Source: Prasinococcaceae sp. CCMP 1430 (taxonomy: Eukaryota > Plantae > Prasinodermophyta). Taken from it: a DNA stretch of 5,977 nucleotides. The notes beneath the pieces were generated by a model that saw only the letters and a program-made list of their open reading frames with translations, ran no database searches and was not told where the DNA came from. Position numbers and translations under genes: made by a program. Of the stretch, positions 1 through 5,977 are shown in pieces (position 1 is the first letter of the stretch; each line of letters starts with the position of its first letter). The stretch covers positions 365,895 to 371,871 of the forward strand of contig RQSC01000008.1 of the NCBI GenBank assembly GCA_013416795.1. The letters run 5' to 3'.

Positions 1-139
1 AGCGCGCGCGGGCAGGGCGCGCGCGCCCGCTCGGTGTAGCACCCGGCGCGCGCGCCGGCGAGGCGCCGCGCGAGAGAGAGGGGGGAGGAGGGAATATTTC
101 CGGCGAGGGCGCACGCCTGCGCGACTCCGCGGCGATGCG

Positions 140-200
140 CTCACACCACCCCGCCCGCCGCCCACCCACCCCCGCGCACCTTCCGGGCTCGCGCACGCAG
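140..200 (+). other. Probable 3' end of an upstream intron (branch point, C-rich tract, acceptor) just before the protease ATG
   Basis: CTCAC 140-144, then an AG-free C-rich tract to CGCAG 196-200; same layout as the other introns here. Donor not identified (GTGTAG at 34 is one candidate). Confidence 0.55.
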
Positions 201-202
201 GC

Positions 203-1525
203 ATGGCGCGCGTCTCCGTGCACAAGACGGACGTCGCCGCGCAGTTCGACCGCACCACCGGCGCCGCGCTCGCGCCGCACTCGGTCGGCGTCGACGAGGC
301 CGGCGAGCCCGTCATCATCCACAACTACCTGTGAGTGCCGCGCCCGCATAAGGGGGGCGAGGGGCGCGAGCGCTCGGCGCGGCGCGAGGAAGCGGGTGGG
401 GTGTTTGGGAAGTGGGGCTGGAAGGGAGAGGGAAGCGTTCGAGGGGCGCGCACTGACCGGCGGACTTCCGCGCCGCCGCCCTCGCGCCGCCCTCGCGCCG
501 CCCTCGCGCGCCCTCGCAGGAACGCACAGTACTACGCCGACATCACCATCGGTACGCCGCCGCAGTCCTTCAAGGTCGTGATGGACACCGGCTCGTCCAA
601 CCTGTGGGTGCCCGGCTCCGGCTGCTACTCGCCGCCGTGCTGGATCCACTCGGTCTACCGCTCGAAGAAGTCGAGCACGTACGCCCCCAACGGCACCGCC
701 TTCGCCATCCAGTACGGCTCCGGAGCGCTCGAGGGCGTGCTGGACGTCGACGACGTGACGGTCGGAGGCCTCACCGCCAGGGCGCAGACCTTCGCCGAGT
801 CCACCAAGGAGCCCGGCCTCGCGTTCGTCGCAGGCAAGTTCGACGGCATCCTGGGCCTCGCGTGGAGAGGCATCGCCGTGGACGGCGTGACGCCCGTGTT
901 CGAAACGCTCGTCGAGCAGGGGGCCGTGGCGCAGCCGCTCTTCGCCTTCTGGCTCAACCGCGACGCCGGCGCCGGCGAGGGCGGCGAGCTCACGCTCGGC
1001 GGCATGGACGAGGCGCACTACACCGGCGACATCTCGTGGGTGCCGCTCACAGCAGAGACGTACTGGCAGTTCGCCTTCGAGTCGCTGACCGTGTCAGACG
1101 ACAAGGAGCCCCTCGCGGGCGCCTCGCAGGCCATCGCCGACTCGGGCACGTCGCTGCTGGCGGGCCCCACCACCATCATCGGCGACCTCAACATGAAGCT
1201 CGGCGCCAAGCCGCTGCCCACCGGGCAGTGGTTTCTCAACTGCTCGGAGGTCCCGAAGCTTCCCACCGTGACCTTCACCATCAACGGCGCGGACTATCCG
1301 CTGGAGGGCAAGGACTACGTCCTCGAGGTGGGCGGCCAGTGCCTGAGCGGCTTCATGGGCCTGGACCTGCCCGCGCAGCTCGGTCCGCAGTGGATCCTGG
1401 GCGACGTCTTCATGGGCAAGTATTACACCGTCTTCGACCAGGGCAACAAGCGGTTGGGCTTCGCCACCGCCGCCACGCAGCAGGAGTTCATCGCCGCCAG
1501 CGCGGCTAGGGCTGCGTCGGCGTGA
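203..1525 (+). CDS. Pepsin-family (A1) cathepsin D-like aspartic protease, join(203..330,520..1525), 377 aa; may be 5'-incomplete (no signal peptide)
   Basis: Splicing GT331..AG519 gives continuous ...PVIIHNYL|NAQYYADITIGTPPQSFKVVMDTGSSNLW; catalytic DTG (584) and DSG (1139), flap IQYGSG, KFDGILGL, WILGDVF; strong GC3 bias; stop TGA 1523-1525. RVSVHK resembles the propeptide start. Confidence 0.95.
331..519 (+). other. Spliceosomal intron (189 nt, phase 2) in the protease gene
   Basis: GTGAGT donor, CTGAC at 453-457, no AG until CGCAG 519; removal restores L-N-A-Q-Y-Y. Confidence 0.93.
479..519 (+). repeat. Tandem 11-bp repeat CCCTCGCGCCG (about 3.7 copies) ending in the splice acceptor
   Basis: CCCTCGCGCCG CCCTCGCGCCG CCCTCGCGCG CCCTCGCAG read directly. 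Confidence 0.85.
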
Positions 1526-1726
1526 GCGGCTGGCGCGCGACGCGAGTGCCCGCGGAGACGGGGGGAGTGAGGGAGGCAGGGTCGGTTGTTGAGCGTGGCG
1601 GGGGGGGATATGGGCGAAGGATGCGCTGCGCTCCCCGGCTTCGCGACAAGCGCGAGCAACCGCTCGCGGGCACTGGCGCGGGCTCGCGGATGGTCTCCAC
1701 CGAGAGCCGCCGCGGGGCGCGCAAAG

Positions 1727-1731
1727 TGTAA
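1727..1731 (+). promoter_or_regulatory. TGTAA polyadenylation signal of the protease gene
   Basis: TGTAA about 200 nt after the stop; UGUAA is the established chlorophyte (e.g. Chlamydomonas) near-upstream element; AT-rich word rare in this sequence. Confidence 0.65.
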
Positions 1732-2119
1732 GAAAGGGCCCGCCCGCGCGGCCGGCCAGTTTACATCTCGCCGCCGCTGTGCGCGCGCGCCTCTGGCGCG
1801 ACCCGCCGCTGGGCACCGCGCTCTCGGCGCCTCCCGAAAAAAGCCCGACACGAGTGACGAGAGCTCCCGGCCGCGCGGCGCGCCACAGCGCGCGCGTCGC
1901 GGGGGCACGGGCCAGGCCCTCGTGTGCCGCGGGGACGAAGGAGGCCTTTGGGGTTGGGGGTGGGGGAGGAGAGGGCGAAGCGGCGCCCGGACATAGGAGC
2001 ACGGCGGAGGGCAATCGCGCCGCGGCACGCTGGGTGCGCGGCGCCCCGCGCAGCCTGACATGCACCCAGCGCACCGGGTAGCGACGAGACGCCGGGGCGC
2101 CGCGCAACCGCTGAGGCTC

Positions 2120-4422
2120 ATGCGCCGCGCAGGTGTAGCAGTCGCGCTCGTGCTTGCGCTCGTGACAGTGCCCGCGCGCGCCTCAATCGCCGCGCGTGGC
2201 AAGCACGCGCCACAGCCCGCATCGAAGGACAGCGCGCCCAATGCCCCCGGCGATGCGCGCGAGTTGGGCTCGCTGCAAAGGTGTGGACCAAGTGCGAGCG
2301 AGCGAGCGAGCGAGCGAGCGAGCGAGCGCCCGTCTGTACGCGCGTCGCGACCTCGCCTGGCAGGCCGTCCTGACCATTTCGCCCTCCCTCCCTCCCTCTC
2401 CTGCTCCCTCCTTATCCCCCACACACCCCCAACCCCTTTCTCGCTCGCTCGCTCGTTCCATCTCTATGGGCCGCTCAGCTCGGCGCGCGTGGTGAGCGTC
2501 GGGCTGTACGTGTTGAACCTGGGCTCGATAGACCTGAGCAATGGCGCATTTGACGCGGACTTCTACCTGTACCTGACCGCCGAAGCCGGCTCCGGTGGGC
2601 GCTACGACGTCGCCTCTGATTACGAGTCGTACCTTCCCAACGCCGGGAGCAACCCCCGCGTGTGGGTCGTCTCCAAGCTCAAGAGCAGGACCAACCTCAC
2701 CTCGCAATACAGAATGAAGGGGAAGTTCTACTTCGAGCCGGACGGTGAGTGCGCAGCGCTCGCGCGCACGGACCTGAGTGCGCGCGCCGCCGCCAGCGCC
2801 CCGCGCCCACGTTCGCTCCTGGTGGCTTGCCCCGATGCCACCTCGTCCGTGCGCGCTCTCGCTCACCCGCCTCTCCCCTGCGCGCGCGCGCCACGGCGTG
2901 GCGACTGCGCCCCCCGACGTCCACCGCACGGCCCCGTGCAGTGAGCGTGTATCCCTTCGACAAGTTCGCTCTGCCGGTCCACTTCGAGGACCCCCACGAG
3001 GTGCGCCCGCGCCCGGGCTTGCACGCGCATGTGCTCTCTCGCGTCCGTGCGCCTCCGACCCCGACCGCCATGCTGTGCGCCGCCCGCCACTGTGTCGCTT
3101 GCGCGACGTGCGCGCACTCACGCAGCTGCGACCATTTCCTGCGCGTGCGCTCCGCGGACGCTCGCTCAGGAGCTCGACTCGCTCCAGTTCGTGGTGGATA
3201 ATAAGTACAACTCCCTTAGCAGCAACATCGCCATGCCCGGCTTCAGCCGTGCGGCGTCGGCCAACTTCCGCGCGAGCGTGACCAACACGACGTACCCGGG
3301 CGGCAAGACATTCAGCAGATTCACTGGCACCGTGTACATTGCCAGACCAAAGGTGAACGCGCGACAGTCGTCTCAAAGAGCCGAGCGCGGCATCCGCCGA
3401 GTTGCGCTCGCGAGCTGGCGCACGTGCGCGCCTGCCATCGCGCGTCGCGGAGCGCGCTGGGCGAGGAGCTGACGCACGCTCTCTTGTGCTCTCTCGCTCG
3501 CTGTCGCTCGCGCGCGAGCAGCTCAACGCCGCGCTGAAGGCGTTCCTGCCCGCCGTGATCGTCCTGCTGGTCGTCGCGCTCAACTCGAGCATCCCGTCGC
3601 GCCACGCGACCGCGCGCGCGTCGGTGGCTGGGTCGTCGCTGGTGGCGCTCGTCCTCTTTCACTCGGTGCGGTCCGCGCGAGCGCGAGCGCGCGCGAGGGC
3701 GTGCGCGCAGACCGCACGCAAGCGCGCGCGGCGCGGCGCACGCCCGTGGGAGGCGCTGACCGCGCTGGCGCGCGCGCTCGTGCGGCCCTCTCTCTGCCAT
3801 GTGGCGTGGACTTGCCGCCGCCCCTCGTCGCTATCGCCAGAACCTGCTGGCCCAAGTGCCTAGCACCGGCCAGGTCACCCTCGCGGACTCCTTCATGGCA
3901 ATGTGCTACGTGCTCATCGTGCAGGCCTTCGTGGTGTGCCTCCTGCTCCTGCGCTCTGCCGAGGCCGGCGCTGACGCACTGGAGGCCGAGGTGCACGTGT
4001 GCGGCCAGCTCGCGCAATGGGTGCTCACGCCGATGGCGGTGCTCGCCGTCGTCTACTCGGGGCTGACAGGTACCGCGCGCGCTCGGGTCGCCGCGCTGCT
4101 CTTCGCTCCAACGCCGTGCGCTGACGCGCCGCGCGCGCGCGCAGGTGCCATGCTGGCGTATCTCTTCGGCGCCGTTGCCATCGCCGCGCGGCGCTACACG
4201 CTCCTGCGCGCGCGTGGCTCGCCGGTGCTGGCGGGGCTCGGCTCCTCGAAGGGCGCGGGCCGAGCGCGCCGATTCGACGGCAGCGGCGGGGGCGCCGGCG
4301 CGGGGGGCAGCGATGGCTCTTCCTTTCGGCTGTTTGGCATGAGCCCCATCGCCGCAGAGAGCGAGCTCACCGCGCTGGCGCCCGAGGCGGAGCGCGCGCA
4401 GCCGTTCATGCACGCCAGCTAG
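2120..4422 (+). CDS. Cys-less pentameric ligand-gated ion channel subunit (GLIC/ELIC-like), join(2120..2280,2479..2744,2942..3000,3170..3352,3522..3665,3841..4069,4145..4422), 439 aa
   Basis: All six GT-AG joins are phase-compatible and total 1320 nt. Signal peptide MRRAGVAVALVLALVTVPARA; beta1-2 VSVGLYVLNLGSIDLSNGAFDADFYL; loop-7 YPFD; pre-M1 IARP; M1 with Pro (KAFLPAVIV); M2 ARASVAGSSLVALVLFHS; M2-M3 VPSTGQVTLAD; M3; M4 with Pro (WVLTP). Confidence 0.88.
2281..2478 (+). other. Channel intron 1 (198 nt, phase 2; in-frame and stop-free)
   Basis: AAG|GTGTGG donor, CTGAC 2370-2374, long pyrimidine tract, CTCAG acceptor; contains low-complexity repeats. Confidence 0.8.
2294..2328 (+). repeat. 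(GCGA)8 tetranucleotide microsatellite
   Basis: Eight perfect GCGA units plus GCG. Confidence 0.95.
2745..2941 (+). other. Channel intron 2 (197 nt, phase 1)
   Basis: GTGAGT donor, CTCAC 2862-2866, TGCAG acceptor; joins FYFEPD to VSVYPFD. Confidence 0.9.
3001..3169 (+). other. Channel intron 3 (169 nt, phase 0)
   Basis: GAG|GTGCGC donor, CTCAC 3117-3121, CTCAG acceptor; joins FEDPHE to ELDSLQFVVD. Confidence 0.85.
3353..3521 (+). other. Channel intron 4 (169 nt, phase 0), tandem GAG-CAG acceptor
   Basis: AAG|GTGAAC donor, CTGAC 3469-3473; joins IARPK to LNAALKAFLP (pre-M1 to M1). Confidence 0.85.
3666..3840 (+). other. Channel intron 5 (175 nt, phase 0)
   Basis: GTGCGG donor, CTGAC 3756-3760, GCCAG acceptor; joins end of M2 (LFHS) to NLLAQVP. 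Confidence 0.88.
4070..4144 (+). other. Channel intron 6 (75 nt, phase 1; in-frame and stop-free)
   Basis: CAG|GTACCG donor, CTGAC 4121-4125, CGCAG acceptor; GCGC low complexity like the other introns. Confidence 0.7.
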
Positions 4423-4454
4423 CCGGCGCGGTCTGTGCGACAATCAGCTTGTGC

Positions 4455-4459
4455 TGTAA
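4455..4459 (+). promoter_or_regulatory. TGTAA polyadenylation signal of the channel gene
   Basis: TGTAAA 33 nt after TAG 4422. Confidence 0.7.
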
Positions 4460-4530
4460 ATTCCCACGCCCCATCCCACGATTCGAGACGAGAGCACGTT
4501 CGGGACGGCGGACAGAAAGAATGAGAATGT

Positions 4531-4535
4531 TTACA
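4531..4535 (-). promoter_or_regulatory. TGTAA polyadenylation signal of the ABC gene
   Basis: TTACA on + strand, about 110 nt past the ABC stop in the - direction. Confidence 0.7.
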
Positions 4536-4605
4536 TGTCTTCACAGTGTGTGTACATCGAAGGCTGGCTGCCTGCCCCCGAGGGGCGAGGCGAGAGCAGG
4601 TAGGA

Positions 4606-4640
4606 GGGGGTGGAGGGGGGGCGGGGGTAAGGGGGGGGGG
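4606..4640 (+). repeat. G-run cluster (G5, G7, G5, G10); C-rich tract in the ABC gene 3' UTR
   Basis: GGGGG TGGA GGGGGGG C GGGGG TAA GGGGGGGGGG directly adjacent to the stop codon. Confidence 0.85.
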
Positions 4641-4642
4641 CT

Positions 4643-5608
4643 TCAGCCGCGCAGCACGGCGTTGGAGGAGAGCTTGATGGTGGTCGCCAGGCGCCCCGCC
4701 GCCCAGCCGTTGTTGCGGTCGTAGCCCTGCTTGGCCTTGCTCGGGTTGTGCAGCTTGCCCTCCGCCGCCAGCTTCTCGCAGATGACCTTCTCCTCCCTGA
4801 GCCACTTCTCGACGGTGCGGCGCAGGCCGACCTCCTTGAGGCCCTCGACGCCCTCGCACTTGTCGAAGATTTGCATGTGGCCGCGCGCGACGTACATGAG
4901 GTGGGTGGCCCACTCGTCGAGGCCGTCGAAGATGTGCGTCGCGTAGATGATGGTGGCGCCGCGCTCCTCGCACTCCTGCTTGAGGAAATTCATCAGGTCG
5001 CGGCGCACGAGCACGTCCAGGTCGACGGTGATCTCGTCGAGGAGCAGCACCTGGAAGGGGCGCAGCAAGCCCATGGCCAGCTGCACGCGCCGGCGCTGGC
5101 CGTCCGACACCTGGTGCATGCGCCACTCGAGGTTGACGTCGAGCACGTCGACGACGCGCTGGCGGCGCGCGGCGCTCACGCCGCGCACGCTGTCCAGCAT
5201 GCGGCGCGCGGGGAAGTCGCCCGCGAGGGGCACGTCGTAGCCCGCGAAGGCGACGTCGCGCCGCCACTGCCCGCCCAGGTAGGAGCACTCGCCCGTCCGC
5301 GAGAGCTCGGTGTCGTGGAAGGCGCTGCGCCCCAGCACGCGCACCATGTCGCGCTCGACCATGTGGCGGCCGGCGAGCAGCTTGAGCAGCGTGGTCTTGC
5401 CCGCGCCGTTGGCGCCGATGAGCAGGCAGAGGTCGCCGCGGCCGAGCTCGAAGCTCATGTCGCTGATCATGGGGTCCACGCCGGGCAGCGGCTGGCCGTC
5501 GGTGCCGGGGTAGGTGAATGTCAGGTTCTTGACCGCCACGACGTCCGCGCCCGCGAACGCGTGCGGCGCGGCCTCGGACGCGGCCAGCGCCGCCTCCTCC
5601 GCCGAGAC
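4643..5608 (-). CDS. ABCI20: Soluble ABC ATPase (single NBD, no transmembrane domain), ABCI19-21/yeast CAF16 group, ABCI20-like; 5' end uncertain, probably starts at 5808
   Basis: Walker A GANGAGKT (5416-5393), variant signature VSDGQRRR, Walker B LLLDE, YATH switch; LTFTYPG.DG, RVLGRSAFHDT, WRRDVAFAG and C-terminal NNGWAAGRL...SSNAVLR match my recollection of Arabidopsis ABCI20. The track's start at 5737 is GTG, not ATG. Confidence 0.9.
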   Translation of the reverse strand, partial: VSAEEAALAASEAAPHAFAGADVVAVKNLTFTYPGTDGQPLPGVDPMISDMSFELGRGDLCLLIGANGAGKTTLLKLLAGRHMVERDMVRVLGRSAFHDTELSRTGECSYLGGQWRRDVAFAGYDVPLAGDFPARRMLDSVRGVSAARRQRVVDVLDVNLEWRMHQVSDGQRRRVQLAMGLLRPFQVLLLDEITVDLDVLVRRDLMNFLKQECEERGATIIYATHIFDGLDEWATHLMYVARGHMQIFDKCEGVEGLKEVGLRRTVEKWLREEKVICEKLAAEGKLHNPSKAKQGYDRNNGWAAGRLATTIKLSSNAVLRG

Positions 5609-5628
5609 CTGGGGGCGGCCGACGGGCG

Positions 5629-5808
5629 TCACGGGGGCTGGCGGCGCAGCGGCGCCTGCCGCGCGGGCTGCGGCGCCGGCGCGGAGGACGCCGCCCACTT
5701 GGCCCAGTGCGAGCCCGTCGGCGCGATCTCGGGGCACACCTCGTCGGCGCCGAACTGCGTGCCGGCGTGGCCGCCCGTCCAGCCGGTGACGCTGATTGGC
5801 ACCGGCAT
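5629..5808 (-). CDS. 59-codon coding-like frame MPVPISVTGWTGGHAGTQFGADEVCPEIAPTGSHWAKW..., probable N-terminus of the ABC protein, out of frame with it
   Basis: ATG in A-rich context (ACAAAAATG); 58 of 59 sense codons end in G/C; ends CCC CCG TGA at 5629. Confidence 0.6.
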   Translation of the reverse strand: MPVPISVTGWTGGHAGTQFGADEVCPEIAPTGSHWAKWAASSAPAPQPARQAPLRRQPP

Positions 5809-5842
5809 TTTTGTCTTTCTCCTTTGCTGTGTTGTTGTGCGG

Positions 5843-5880
5843 CGTGCGCGCACGTGCGCGTGCGCGTGCGTGTGTGTGTG
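5843..5880. repeat. 38-nt perfectly alternating pyrimidine-purine tract (CG/TG/CA), includes the 14-bp palindrome CGCGCACGTGCGCG
   Basis: Read directly; palindrome at 5847-5860. Confidence 0.85.
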
Positions 5881-5977
5881 GTTGAGGCGGGGCGAGGCGG
5901 ACTGGAGGCGTGTGCGCACGGGCCGTGCCGCGCGGCGCTCGCTCGCCGCGACTCGCGTGCCGCGCGCGCGCTGTGGC

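Noticed and set aside
335-519. N-terminal 62 aa of the 396-aa track ORF
   Set aside because: Translated intron; splice signals and the restored YLNAQYY motif explain it.
604-1509. 301-aa + strand ORF and other long Arg/Ala/Pro-rich ORFs (1094..2107, 1423..2424, 2183..3592, 3580..4443, 4419..5288)
   Set aside because: Alternative-frame or antisense shadows of real genes; stop codons are scarce at this GC content and no motifs are recognisable.
2055-2132. Possible acceptor CGCAG at 2132 implying another upstream channel exon
   Set aside because: Several AGs lie between the nearest CTGAC (2055) and it, and ATG2120 already gives a complete signal peptide.
3001-3521. Two consecutive introns of exactly 169 nt, possible introner elements or duplication
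   Set aside because: No sequence similarity between them, no terminal repeats or target-site duplications seen.
203-5808. Functional cluster of protease, channel and ABC ATPase (e.g. acidic-compartment module)
   Set aside because: Each gene has its own poly(A) signal, no shared motif found, and adjacency in compact algal genomes is not evidence of shared function.
5851-5856. G-box/ABRE-like CACGTG upstream of the ABCI20-like gene
   Set aside because: The same hexamer occurs in an intron (3421) and an exon (near 3994) and here lies in low-complexity repeat; not distinctive.
1-5977. CRISPR arrays, tRNA/rRNA genes, transposon ends
   Set aside because: No repeat-spacer pattern, cloverleaf, rRNA-like segment, terminal inverted repeats or transposase/RT motifs seen.

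Overview
Very GC-rich, intron-containing eukaryotic nuclear DNA, most likely from a green alga (inferred from TGTAA poly(A) signals behind all three stop codons and a plant ABCI20-type C-terminus). Three spliced or compact genes: (1) a + strand pepsin-family (A1) cathepsin-D-like aspartic protease lacking the plant-specific saposin insert, join(203..330,520..1525); (2) a + strand seven-exon gene (2120..4422, 439 aa) that the ORF track fragments, encoding a Cys-less, prokaryote-like pentameric ligand-gated ion channel with a possible extra C-terminal membrane segment; (3) a convergent - strand soluble ABC ATPase of the ABCI19-21/CAF16 group whose apparent N-terminus (ATG 5808) is out of frame with the ATPase domain. 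The most interesting points are the ion channel, the frame break in the ABC gene, an unusual intron architecture (distant branch points, self-complementary repeats) and an orphan antisense poly(A) signal. Most other ORFs in the track are GC-rich shadow frames. All gene models were spliced by hand and have no transcript support.
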